A stretch of DNA of 63,894 bases. Source: an uncultured Gammaproteobacteria bacterium. GTDB taxonomy: Bacteria; Patescibacteriota; Patescibacteriia; UBA1558; 2-01-FULL-52-15. This document shows, in pieces, positions 43,747 to 52,546 of this stretch. Within the stretch, counting starts at the first letter, position 1. Each line of letters opens with the position of its first letter. The notes beneath the pieces are model-generated. The model was not told the origin of the DNA. It searched no databases and saw only the letters and a program-made list of their open reading frames with translations. The stretch lies in assembly GCA_964517065.1 (NCBI GenBank), contig CAZFBK010000004.1, positions 1 through 63,894 on the forward strand, in the 5' to 3' direction. The translations under genes and the position numbers were made by a program.

Positions 43747-44268
43747 ATGCCAAAATCCAAAGCCCAGAAGCAAGAGGAGTTGGCCATTGTCCAATCCAAG
43801 GTCAATGCCAGCCAAGGTGTAGTCTTCACTGCGGACCAAGGTCTGACGGTGAAAGACAGCGAAGATCTGCGCAAGAAGCTCCGCGCTGAGCAAGCTGGTT
43901 TGCAAGGCATCAAAAAAACCTTACTGATCAAAGCTCTGGCAGAAGCTAATATTACCAGCGCTGATATCCAAGGAACCGGTAATGTCGCTGTAGCTTTCTC
44001 TGAGACCGATGCTGTCGCTCCAGCTCGTATCGTCCAGAGTATCGCCAAGACCAACGATAAGTTAGTCATTCTTGGAGGATTGCTAGACGGAATGTTCATT
44101 ACGAAAGAAAAAGTCATTGCCTTAGCCAAGTTACCAAGTCGTGATGAATTGCTGGCGCAGACCGTTGGTACTCTACAGGCTCCTATCACTGGTTTTGTCC
44201 GCGTTATGGCTGGTAATCTACGGGGATTGGTGACGGTATTGAACGCTGTGAAGGAGAAGAAGGTTTAA
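43747..44268 (+). CDS. rplJ: 50S ribosomal protein L10
   Basis: 173 aa, L10-like throughout, immediately upstream of rplL. Confidence 0.95.
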   Translation: MPKSKAQKQEELAIVQSKVNASQGVVFTADQGLTVKDSEDLRKKLRAEQAGLQGIKKTLLIKALAEANITSADIQGTGNVAVAFSETDAVAPARIVQSIAKTNDKLVILGGLLDGMFITKEKVIALAKLPSRDELLAQTVGTLQAPITGFVRVMAGNLRGLVTVLNAVKEKKV

Positions 44269-44358
44269 CCACCCTTTGGTTCCCTCCTTGAAAAGGAGGG
44301 AAGAGCGATACTCATTAACTTTTATTTATAAAATTAAATTAATTTAAGTAACAACAAT

Positions 44359-44763
44359 ATGTCAGAAGAAAAAGTAATTGAAATCCCTGCCAAATTCCAA
44401 TCAATCGTCAGTGAGATTGAGAAGATGTCAGTCCTAGACCTTTCTGAATTAGTGAAAGTTCTAGAAGATAAGTTCCATGTCTCAGCTGCTGCTCCTATGA
44501 TGATGGGTGCTATGCCAGCTGCCGGTGGTGCTGCTGAAGCCGCTGAAGAGAAAAGCTCATTCAACGTAGAGCTGACTGCTACTGGTGACAACAAGATCGC
44601 TGTCATCAAAGCTGTCCGTGAAGCTACTCAGCTTGGTCTGAAGGAAGCTAAGGATATCGTTGATGCTGCTCCCAAGATGGTCAAAGAAGGCGTAGCCAAG
44701 GCTGACGCTGAAGCCATGAAAGCAGCTCTCGAAGCTGCCGGTGCTACCGTTACTTTGAAGTAA
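44359..44763 (+). CDS. rplL: 50S ribosomal protein L7/L12
   Basis: 134 aa with an Ala-rich hinge and the C-terminal domain [24 protein letters not shown]...VTLK. Confidence 0.95.
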   Translation: MSEEKVIEIPAKFQSIVSEIEKMSVLDLSELVKVLEDKFHVSAAAPMMMGAMPAAGGAAEAAEEKSSFNVELTATGDNKIAVIKAVREATQLGLKEAKDIVDAAPKMVKEGVAKADAEAMKAALEAAGATVTLK

Positions 44764-44822
44764 TAATTCCATTTGAATCAATGATCTAGTCATCCATACG
44801 TGGACGGATTAGATCAGGGTTG

Positions 44823-44863
44823 ACCCCGTTAGAGATTTATCTCTAACGGGGTTGACTTTTTTT
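44823..44863 (+). terminator. Intrinsic terminator after rplL
   Basis: ACCCCGTTAGAG pairs with CTCTAACGGGGT (12 bp), followed by a T7 run at 44857-44863. Confidence 0.7.
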
Positions 44864-44940
44864 ATATTAAATAGTATATTAGCGAGTTCCATTCGTTCAT
44901 GTTGTAAGTATGTAAGTCCTCCAAACAGGGAGCTCTATCA

Positions 44941-45348
44941 ATGACATTGGGATTTTTGCGACGCAAAACCTTGATTCCGACCGCTCCGTTCAAGGTCAGC
45001 ATCAAGGATCAGAGAGCTGGTCACATGGGGAGGCGACGTATTACCATGTATCTGCAATCTCTGGTGACGGCCAGAGCAGAGACCATTACTGGGCTCAATC
45101 TGGACTGGCAGGACGATCAAAATGCCAGTTTTAGACTAGAGTACGGTGGTGGCCAGTTTGTCACTGGTACGGTTAAGATCGAGGTTGGTCTGATCTGTCT
45201 GACCTGTGATCTACCGGTGCGCTGGGGTCAGATCTATGGTTCCATACTCGAGGCTTTCCGCCGACAGATGAGGGAGGAGTACTGTAACTACGGTCAGTCT
45301 GTAGTGCTTCAGTACTCAGCCAACGGGCTGGTGGCGGTCAGGCACTAA
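44941..45348 (+). CDS. Hypothetical protein
   Basis: 135-aa ORF followed by a terminator, with no recognisable motif. Confidence 0.4.
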   Translation: MTLGFLRRKTLIPTAPFKVSIKDQRAGHMGRRRITMYLQSLVTARAETITGLNLDWQDDQNASFRLEYGGGQFVTGTVKIEVGLICLTCDLPVRWGQIYGSILEAFRRQMREEYCNYGQSVVLQYSANGLVAVRH

Positions 45349-45370
45349 CGAGTTGCTACATTGTTCGAAG

Positions 45371-45407
45371 GCGAGGGTTCGTGGTGGATCCTCGCTTTTT
45401 CTTTTTT
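45371..45407 (+). terminator. Intrinsic terminator
   Basis: GCGAGG pairs with CCTCGC, followed by TTTTTCTTTTTT. Confidence 0.55.
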
Positions 45408-45440
45408 CACAAGAAATTTTGTAGTATAATAATAGAAATT

Positions 45441-45974
45441 ATGTATTTAACAGTCCATGCTACTATCGGCGCGCTTATAGCCACACAGACACATAATCCT
45501 GCACTAGCCTTCGGTGCTGGCTTTGCTTCGCACTTTCTTTTTGACTTCATCCCACACGGCGATGAGAAAGTAGGAGAGATGATTACTTCACATAAGGCGA
45601 AATTTATCTTTGTTGCTAGTGTTGACTTGGTTCTGACGATCTGCCTGACGATATTAATATTGGCGATGGCCGGAGACTTCAGCCAGAGGCATTTGGTGTT
45701 ACTAGTAGGTATCATTGGGGCTGTCTTGCCCGATTTCATATCTATGGCCTTTCCGGAATTTCATAAATTATTGCGGGCCAATAGCATTGTGGCATTTTGG
45801 TACCGGGCGTTACGCTGGATCTATATACCTCAGGCAGCGGAACAATTAAATAGATTCCATCATTGGATTCATTCCATTATCTTGCGACGCACTGGTTTCA
45901 AGCTTAGCTTCCCTCAAGGACTTGTTTTCCAAGTAGCTTTTTTGTGCCTGCTCCTAGCAAAATTATTTAATTAG
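45441..45974 (+). CDS. Membrane protein, possibly a DUF457/YdjM-like metal-dependent hydrolase
   Basis: I prefer the ATG at 45441 because the track start at 45381 lies inside the upstream terminator. It has four or five helices and a HFLFDFIPHGDE motif. Confidence 0.4.
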   Translation: MYLTVHATIGALIATQTHNPALAFGAGFASHFLFDFIPHGDEKVGEMITSHKAKFIFVASVDLVLTICLTILILAMAGDFSQRHLVLLVGIIGAVLPDFISMAFPEFHKLLRANSIVAFWYRALRWIYIPQAAEQLNRFHHWIHSIILRRTGFKLSFPQGLVFQVAFLCLLLAKLFN

Positions 45975-46098
45975 TATTCAGTTAATCTTGACAGTGACGA
46001 TAGCCTCGGCTATAATTTTTTTTCGCTCTTTCACGAATCAAATCACACCTGGAGTAAGGAACTTCAGGTAGCAACGCTTCACTGTAGAGGAGGAAGAT

Positions 46099-46380
46099 TT
46101 GCTGCTGTATCAACAAACTGGACTAAACAAAGTGGCGGCCGCGCTTCATGCTGCAGACATGCTTATCCCTAGCAAGACTACACAGAGTGATATCGAGGCA
46201 GCTATTCGTTCCTTGTCCCGACCGCGACGGCTTCTGTTGGAAAAACTCTACGGTTTACAGCCGGGTACTACGGCTAAATCCGCCCAAGCGATCGCTCGCG
46301 AAACGCGCAAGTTCCTCAGCTTTGTTCAGCAGGATCAGCAGATCGCTCTGCGAATGCTGTGGACGAAGCTGACCTCCTAA
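46099..46380 (+). CDS. Small HTH protein resembling sigma-70 region 4
   Basis: 93 aa with a TTG start after GGAGGAAG. RRLLLEKLYGL...SAQAIARETRKFLSFVQQDQQIALRML resembles a region-4 HTH. Confidence 0.35.
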   Translation: MLLYQQTGLNKVAAALHAADMLIPSKTTQSDIEAAIRSLSRPRRLLLEKLYGLQPGTTAKSAQAIARETRKFLSFVQQDQQIALRMLWTKLTS

Positions 46381-46445
46381 GTCACAAAATGTTCATATGA
46401 AATAGGGCGCGTCTCATCAGAGGCGCGCTTTGTCTATAAAAAAGC

Positions 46446-46475
46446 GCCACCCAGAGTTAACGTGGGTGGCTGTTT
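46446..46475 (+). terminator. Intrinsic terminator
   Basis: GCCACCCA pairs with TGGGTGGC, followed by TGTTT. A second GC hairpin precedes it near 46405-46428. Confidence 0.5.
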
Positions 46476-46684
46476 CCGCTATTGACCTCTCGAGTCCAGA
46501 GTTAGTCGCTTGTTTAAGGCGACTATTTGGTGTCACAGCAGAAAATGGCGATCATATATTAGTACAAGCTGGATGCGGTCCTCTCAGGCTCGGCCAGTGT
46601 CCCACGATGGGACGAAAAAGACCTGATCAAACCGCATCCATATGGTTAACATAGTAACAAAGTAAGCGGAGGTATGCAAATTCA

Positions 46685-48775
46685 TTATTTATTCACCGCC
46701 AGCTGAAAGATGGTGCTACCGTTCAACAAGTAGATGATTTTTTCTTGGCTATCCACGGCGAAGCTCTTGAGATTGTCGAATTTTGGTGAAGTGTACTGAT
46801 CTTTGATATTTCCTGTCTTATCGATAATAGCTACACGTTTATTCGCTGGATCAAGGATATAGAGATAGGGTGATTTGGTGGTAGTCATAATACTGCTGCC
46901 TGTACCAAAGAGCGGTGACGGTCGCTGATAGTCGAAATTTTGTCTCTGGCCTTTGAACAGCTTGACGATTTCTCCCTGATCATTGATCAGCCAGATATTG
47001 CCATCAATAGTGAAGTCTTGAGCGCTTGAAAGTAACGCTTGGTCGTTGAGCCAGACAGAGCTAGCGCTGAAGCTATCGCCATTACCGGTTTGTTTGTAAA
47101 TACTGCCACTGGCACGATCGAGGAGATAGAGATTATCGGAGTAGACTAAAGCTTTGTCGATATTTTGTAGACCGCTATTTAGATTCAGTGTGGTTGTTTC
47201 GAGCGAGCCACCGTTGAGACGCAACAAGGCTTTGTCATTAAGCACGAAAAGATTTTTGGACGTTTGTAACAGTCGTCCGTTCGCCAAGGTGGAGGTAGCG
47301 ATTTTTTGTAATGAATTCGTTAGCTTATACAGACCATCGCTGGCAGTGATATAGGTTTCTGTACCGGAGACGGAGACATACTGAATATTAGCAATGGCTG
47401 ACAGGTCCTGATATTGCAGCGGAGCGGCGACATAGTTGATATGACGGACTTCATTCAGTTGGCGGACAACTTTGTCCTTGACGTCATCTAGGTCGGCTCG
47501 TTGGCTAGCTCCAGTTGGCTGTAACTTGTCTAACATCTCAGACATGGAGATCAGCAAAGTTTCGGCCTGTTTATCGTCTTTGTATTGACGACTGCTATCA
47601 ACCTTGGCTTGGAGATCCGCGATAGAGATCAAGGTTTCATTATAGGTATTTTTTTGTTTGCTGATTTGTGCTCCTAGACCGGTGACGATGATGAGGTTGA
47701 AAACGATCAGGACAATAATGCCAGTACCGGTGACGAGCCAACGGCTAAGCGCAGACTGACTTCGCCAGGTTTGGCTCCAGTTGGTCACGAGTGATTCTAC
47801 TTTGTCCCAAGCTGCCTGCTCACGAGGTTGACGATAGCGTGGATTAGCTATGAAGAGGATCGTGGCTAGTAGGTATTTAAAAGCTGTAGTTAAGATTTTA
47901 GCGATTAAGCGAATATAGGTAATGATTGATCGTCCTATGAAGCTGAGTGTCGGTATAATTTGGAAACCGTGTCCAGCGGCATTTCTTCTGGTTCGTGGTT
48001 GTTGTCGTTCCTGTATAGCAGGATAATCAGGCTCTGAGGTAGATAGTGGAATCGCTGCTGCTTGACGACGTGCCGGAGCGACTGTTTCACGCTGTGGTAT
48101 TTCAGTCTCAGTGGCCATCTCCATCATTTTGATCAAAATAGCAGCGAAACTAACAAAAGTTGGCACTGGCTGTAATAAGACATCGAATTTTTCCACCATT
48201 TCCGCCGGAGAGCCGTGGCTGAGAATTTGTTTGATCTTGACCTCAGAGATATAGTCAGTCAAACCAGAGGTAGTGAAAAGTAAGACGTCGCCTTTGCTGA
48301 TCGAGCCGCTGGTGACATCGGTAAAAAGTTTTAAAGGATTGACCATCTTACTGCCGCTCGTCAGTTGGGAGAGGCTGCCCTGATGCAAGAGCCAAGCAGA
48401 CATGACGCCGATGGCGGCGAAGTGCGCTTCGTCTCGATGTAGCAAGCCAACCACGATGTTCAGATTCTGAAGCCAGATTTTATTTTTTTTCGGAGTTATT
48501 TCTGGCAGGAGGTAGTTGAGATCATCGAGGATTTTTTCTAGAGCAGTTTCCGCCTTGATTTCAATCGTTTGGTCGAACGACTCCACACATTGTTTGATAA
48601 TAGCATCAAGTAGATAGGATTGATCTTGTCGACTTTTCGGAAAATCGCAAATAAGCAAGAGCTTTTTGGCTGGTTGAGCTTCTGAGGATCCGACGAAAAT
48701 TTCGGTTTCACTTCTGCTGGTAGTGGTATCGTGGATAAATAATTTACTGAGTTTTATCATGATTTTTGTGCCCAA
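46685..48775 (-). CDS. Large membrane-anchored hypothetical protein (PPM/SpoIIE-like N-terminal region, TM segments, coiled coil, beta-propeller-like C-terminus)
   Basis: 696 aa. The N-terminal HFAAIGVMSAWLL...KGDVLLFTTSGLTDYI pattern is PP2C-like. The C-terminus carries repeated LYLLD/LYILD/IYLLN strand motifs. Confidence 0.5.
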   Translation of the reverse strand: MGTKIMIKLSKLFIHDTTTSRSETEIFVGSSEAQPAKKLLLICDFPKSRQDQSYLLDAIIKQCVESFDQTIEIKAETALEKILDDLNYLLPEITPKKNKIWLQNLNIVVGLLHRDEAHFAAIGVMSAWLLHQGSLSQLTSGSKMVNPLKLFTDVTSGSISKGDVLLFTTSGLTDYISEVKIKQILSHGSPAEMVEKFDVLLQPVPTFVSFAAILIKMMEMATETEIPQRETVAPARRQAAAIPLSTSEPDYPAIQERQQPRTRRNAAGHGFQIIPTLSFIGRSIITYIRLIAKILTTAFKYLLATILFIANPRYRQPREQAAWDKVESLVTNWSQTWRSQSALSRWLVTGTGIIVLIVFNLIIVTGLGAQISKQKNTYNETLISIADLQAKVDSSRQYKDDKQAETLLISMSEMLDKLQPTGASQRADLDDVKDKVVRQLNEVRHINYVAAPLQYQDLSAIANIQYVSVSGTETYITASDGLYKLTNSLQKIATSTLANGRLLQTSKNLFVLNDKALLRLNGGSLETTTLNLNSGLQNIDKALVYSDNLYLLDRASGSIYKQTGNGDSFSASSVWLNDQALLSSAQDFTIDGNIWLINDQGEIVKLFKGQRQNFDYQRPSPLFGTGSSIMTTTKSPYLYILDPANKRVAIIDKTGNIKDQYTSPKFDNLKSFAVDSQEKIIYLLNGSTIFQLAVNK

Positions 48776-48982
48776 ATTATAACATCTTTACCAGATTTTT
48801 TCCACAAAAGTAGAATGAGAAGCTAGGAGTTTGAAGTTGGGAGTTAGTTTAGAGTAGTGGATTATTTACATGAAGCTCTGTATTGACCAGGAAGTCTTTT
48901 AGCAGGAACTTTATACTTACTACTTTATACATCCTACTATAATCCATACTCCTTTCTCCTTGCTCCTGTCTCATGCTACAAT

Positions 48983-49549
48983 ATGATCATTATGCTAAAA
49001 CTCTTATTCGGCTCCAGCCTGCGCGCCGGTCTTGTCACCTGGTTTATCAAGCAACCCGATGCTCAATCAACACTTGACCAACTCATTGGGGAGCTGCGTC
49101 AGCCGGCCAAAAAACTTTTGCCAGAATTAGCCGGTTTGGTGGATATGGGTTTGATCGAGAAGGAACAGATCGACGGTGACTGGGTCTGGTATTTGAATGC
49201 GGAGTTTCCACTTTTGCCAGAGTTCAAGTCGTTGATTTATAAAGCTGTCATCGTCTTGGAGCAACGCTTAGCTCAGCAGTTGGCCGGTATCAAAGGAATA
49301 CAGCTGTTGATTTTGACAGGAGTTTTCAACGGTAGCGAAGTGCTAACTGATATTTTTATGGTGGGGACGATAGATAAAAAAGCAGTAGAGAACGTCTTGA
49401 ATAAATTAGGTTCTGATTTCCAAGACAGCCTGCGTTACACCATTCTGACCAAAGCAGAATTTACCTATCGTAAAGAAATGACTGATAAGTTTGTCTATCA
49501 GGTATTAAATATCCGACCAACGGTAGTTATTAATAAGTTGACGACGTAA
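48983..49549 (+). CDS. Hypothetical protein with a possible N-terminal winged-helix domain
   Basis: 188 aa. LDQLIGELRQPAKKLLPELAGLVDMGLIEKE resembles a wHTH recognition region. Confidence 0.35.
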   Translation: MIIMLKLLFGSSLRAGLVTWFIKQPDAQSTLDQLIGELRQPAKKLLPELAGLVDMGLIEKEQIDGDWVWYLNAEFPLLPEFKSLIYKAVIVLEQRLAQQLAGIKGIQLLILTGVFNGSEVLTDIFMVGTIDKKAVENVLNKLGSDFQDSLRYTILTKAEFTYRKEMTDKFVYQVLNIRPTVVINKLTT

Positions 49550-49551
49550 CC

Positions 49552-49935
49552 ATGTCTACCTTGCTCGTTTCATGGACTGCGGCTGGTAAGCTGACGTTGT
49601 TCCTCGAATATCGGGGGAAGACCAGTCATTTGCATATAACAGATAAACATTTGGATCAGGTTTTGCTGTTTGGTATTGACGCTATCTATAAGAAGCAGAG
49701 GATTCCCTTTTCGTCTTTGAAGCGTATCGGTGTGGTGAAACAGGAGATGAGTCTTGCTTCCTTGAGATTATTGCTCTCAGCAGTAAATAGTCTGGTTTGG
49801 GCGCTGGGCCTATCAGTTACATGGATCAGTCAGAAACAGTTCGATCATCCGGAGTCTATTAAATGGCCGAAAAAGACAGTGTTATTGAAACCGAAATATG
49901 ATCGGCCAGCGGTGATAACTAAATCAAAGAAGTAG
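49552..49935 (+). CDS. Hypothetical protein whose 3' end is duplicated downstream
   Basis: 127 aa. The C-terminal coding segment at 49866-49925 recurs at 50454-50513. Confidence 0.45.
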   Translation: MSTLLVSWTAAGKLTLFLEYRGKTSHLHITDKHLDQVLLFGIDAIYKKQRIPFSSLKRIGVVKQEMSLASLRLLLSAVNSLVWALGLSVTWISQKQFDHPESIKWPKKTVLLKPKYDRPAVITKSKK

Positions 49936-49943
49936 CTTGTATT

Positions 49944-50444
49944 ATGATTTATTTTTTTGAAACTTTTTTTGTCCTTCTCTACACTTCTTACAACTTTTCA
50001 TTATTGGCTTTTTTGCTAGTTTTTTTTATTTTTCATCTCAAAAAATACAAAAAGGTTATGGCATCGGGAAAAGGTCGTTCAATCTACGTTATTCGACTTA
50101 TTCTTGATTATTTCCTGCCAATTATTATGGCTGCATTTTTGTGGTCTGCTTTTTTGCCCAATGCTCTTTCTAGTGCTAGTGGCGGCGGTTTAGGAGACGT
50201 ATTAATTGTGCCATTTTGTTGGGCATCGGCGATAGTTTTATTAATCCTTTCGCCTTTTACTCTAGATCGTTTCTTGCGAAAATCTAAGACTCTGGGTCAG
50301 CTCGTGCAACGCAGTTTGATTATTTTATCTATATTGGTAGTTGTAGGTGGTCTACTTAATATTTGGAGCAATAAAATACAAAGAGATTCTGCTGCTGGAT
50401 TGCAGAGATGGAACCAAGAAAGAGCATCTGATGAACAGCTATAA
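49944..50444 (+). CDS. Small polytopic membrane protein (inserted cassette)
   Basis: 166 aa with four hydrophobic helices. It is bracketed by the direct repeat described at 49866 and 50454. Confidence 0.5.
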   Translation: MIYFFETFFVLLYTSYNFSLLAFLLVFFIFHLKKYKKVMASGKGRSIYVIRLILDYFLPIIMAAFLWSAFLPNALSSASGGGLGDVLIVPFCWASAIVLLILSPFTLDRFLRKSKTLGQLVQRSLIILSILVVVGGLLNIWSNKIQRDSAAGLQRWNQERASDEQL

Positions 50445-50453
50445 TATCAAATA

Positions 50454-50527
50454 GCCGAAAAAGACAGTGTTATTGAAGCCAACATATGCTCGACCGGCGG
50501 TGATTGTAAAAAAAGCAGCGAGCCGTA
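50454..50527 (+). pseudogene. Displaced remnant copy of the 3' end of ORF 49552-49935
   Basis: It reads (stop)PKKTVLLKPTYARPAVIVKKAASRNS(stop), compared with WPKKTVLLKPKYDRPAVITKSKK(stop) in the intact gene. The TGG codon is TAG here. Confidence 0.6.
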
Positions 50528-50668
50528 ATTCGTAATGTAGAAGAAGTTATTCCTAATTTCTAGTTACTAATTACCCCTATTCTTCATATTTGACATAATG
50601 TAAAAATTATGTTATTTTATTATATTCCAAATTTTTTGGCTTGTTCTCTCACAAATGAGGGTTTCTCA

Positions 50669-51136
50669 ATGAAACCGAAATACTGCTATATCTTTCGTGG
50701 TCTGCCTGGGAGCGGTAAGTCTTACTTGGCGGAGAAGCTGAGGGTACTGCTTGATGCTACTATTGTTAGCGCTGACCTGTTCTTTGGGCGCTATAACGGT
50801 GGTAAATACGATGCCTCACAGTTGTGTCTGGCCCACGCATACTGTATGACTGATTTCAGTTTGGCTTTGCGCCGAGGGCAGGCAGTCATCGTTGACAACA
50901 CAGGATCTCGCATCTGGGAGTATAACAAATACGCTCAGATGGCGACTGCTTATGGCTACGAAGTTCGTATCATCGAGATGGTTCATGAGTCGTTTGAAGA
51001 TCTGGTTCGATTCCACCAGCGCAACCAGCATGACGTCAGTTGGCCCAAGATGCTGACGATGGCTATGCGCTGGCAGGAAGATTTTCGTGCACTGATCATC
51101 CGCGGTTCTGATATCAACGTCTCACACAGGAGGTAG
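50669..51136 (+). CDS. P-loop ATPase/kinase (AAA_33-like)
   Basis: Walker A motif GLPGSGKS directly after the ATG at 50669, with GAGGG 8 nt upstream. GC-rich codon usage. Confidence 0.6.
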   Translation: MKPKYCYIFRGLPGSGKSYLAEKLRVLLDATIVSADLFFGRYNGGKYDASQLCLAHAYCMTDFSLALRRGQAVIVDNTGSRIWEYNKYAQMATAYGYEVRIIEMVHESFEDLVRFHQRNQHDVSWPKMLTMAMRWQEDFRALIIRGSDINVSHRR

Positions 51137-51139
51137 TAC

Positions 51140-51721
51140 ATGTTCCGCAATGTCCGTAGTTCGCTCTGGCTCGTGCTCGTCGCGTTCTTGTTTGTCGGTT
51201 GTGGTCAGGACTCGTGTCCGACCGCGCCGAAGCCGGGAGTTCTGGACTTTGAGTTCCAGGACATGGTCATGTCGCACAATTTCATGGGGCATACCGCCGT
51301 TTTCATGTCTGACGGTAGCGAGGTGCGCGTGACGCGCTACAGTCAGGAGTTCTCGAACTCTATGGACGTTCTGCCGCGCCTCGGTGGTCATACCTTCGGG
51401 GTGATCATCAGCGATCTTCAGGGTCGCACGCTGGCGGAGTCGTACGGCGTTTACTGTGGCGGCTTCACCATCACGGAGAACGTCGCGACCGTCGAGCTGC
51501 GCCGTGAAGTCTTCAGCTTCGGTGAAGCACTTGACCGCATGAGTCGGCTGAAGTCGTATGTCCTGAATCATACGCTGGATTTCGAGATTCCGGCTGATGG
51601 TCAGCCGAAAACCTTCGGAACCTACAGCACTTTGTTGTCGCATTCAATTCCCGTTGACGGACTCGTCGGCTGTGCGCTCCGCAGCGGCAACATCGACAAT
51701 CCGGCTACGGGCTGTCAGTAG
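51140..51721 (+). CDS. Putative lipoprotein
   Basis: Signal peptide with a lipobox-like LFVGC. AGGAGG lies 8 nt upstream. GC-rich. Confidence 0.55.
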   Translation: MFRNVRSSLWLVLVAFLFVGCGQDSCPTAPKPGVLDFEFQDMVMSHNFMGHTAVFMSDGSEVRVTRYSQEFSNSMDVLPRLGGHTFGVIISDLQGRTLAESYGVYCGGFTITENVATVELRREVFSFGEALDRMSRLKSYVLNHTLDFEIPADGQPKTFGTYSTLLSHSIPVDGLVGCALRSGNIDNPATGCQ

Positions 51722-51745
51722 CAACATTTCGAAAGGATGTGTTCA

Positions 51746-52156
51746 ATGACGGAAACTGTCCTGAAGAAGAACTGGCACGGACCGCTGACGGTCGATAACA
51801 TCGAAGGGGTTGTGACCTTACTTCGACAACTGCTCGGTGGACGACGTTATACTTTCATCAGTGCTCATGAGAGGTATAAGTTCAAGCCCGAAGCGCGAAC
51901 CGGTCAACGTCTGGGCAAGGGCGGTCCGACAAAGGAGGTTGGGTTTCACATCGATGAAGATCGGGCTCGTGCCAGTATGTTCATTCATGACAGCTACGGA
52001 ATCTGCACTCTTGCGAGCAGTTTGAAAGATGGCGATTCCTATACGTCGGAAGAGAACCCATATCTCGAGTTTCGTGAGAATCAGGTTACGATTACTCACC
52101 AATCCGATTCTGGGCACAAGCTGTACTGGATGTATGTTCTGGAAGACGAGGAATAG
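51746..52156 (+). CDS. Hypothetical protein
   Basis: 136 aa from the ATG at 51746, which is preceded by GAAAGGA (the track start is 51737). GC-rich. Confidence 0.45.
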   Translation: MTETVLKKNWHGPLTVDNIEGVVTLLRQLLGGRRYTFISAHERYKFKPEARTGQRLGKGGPTKEVGFHIDEDRARASMFIHDSYGICTLASSLKDGDSYTSEENPYLEFRENQVTITHQSDSGHKLYWMYVLEDEE

Positions 52157-52190
52157 TCGCGATCAGTGCGATCCTCAAATAAAGTTCTCG

Positions 52191-52229
52191 CCGCCGGGTG
52201 CGCAATATGCGTGCTCGGCGGTATTTTTT
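52191..52229 (+). terminator. Intrinsic terminator ending the GC-rich islet
   Basis: A 13-bp stem forms between CCGCCGGGTGCGC and GCGTGCTCGGCGG, with three G.U pairs that pair only in + strand RNA, followed by TATTTTTT. Confidence 0.7.
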
Positions 52230-52404
52230 CTCCTCCAAATATCCATCGTTTCGCTAAGCGAGACGAATATCAAAAAAAGAGAACCACCCGAAGCCTTGGC
52301 GAAGGGTGGTTAAGTTCAAATTAAATTAAATTATTCCTTATGGTTTATGAGTGTTTTGTTTCTAGTTGCCATTTTACTCATAAGATGTTGTAACATTGTG
52401 TATA

Positions 52405-52473
52405 AAAGTGGTTGAAAAAATATGATGAGTGGAGTATAATGGTTTCAAGAGGTAAGAAAGTGGATAAAAGTGG
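52405..52473 (+). promoter_or_regulatory. dcw promoter with MraZ-box-like AAAGTGG direct repeats
   Basis: TTGAAA (52412-52417), a 17-nt spacer, then TATAAT (52435-52440). AAAGTGG occurs at 52405, 52457 and 52467 (the last two exactly 10 nt apart), with TGAGTGG at 52426. Confidence 0.55.
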
Positions 52474-52546
52474 GGATAAGTATTACTAACTGTGTATAAC
52501 TTCGCCTACTTCCTAATTTCTACTTCCTAATTTCTAATGCCTCACC

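Noticed and set aside
46572-46637. A long hairpin (GGATGCGGT ... ACCGCATCC, enclosing GTCCCA-CGA-TGGGAC) in the convergent intergenic region, considered as SRP or another small RNA.
   Set aside because: There is no GGAA/GNRA apical loop and no AGCAGC-type SRP domain IV motif. It may simply be a terminator-region structure. The overlapping 74-aa track ORF (46430-46654) spans terminator hairpins and is not credible either.
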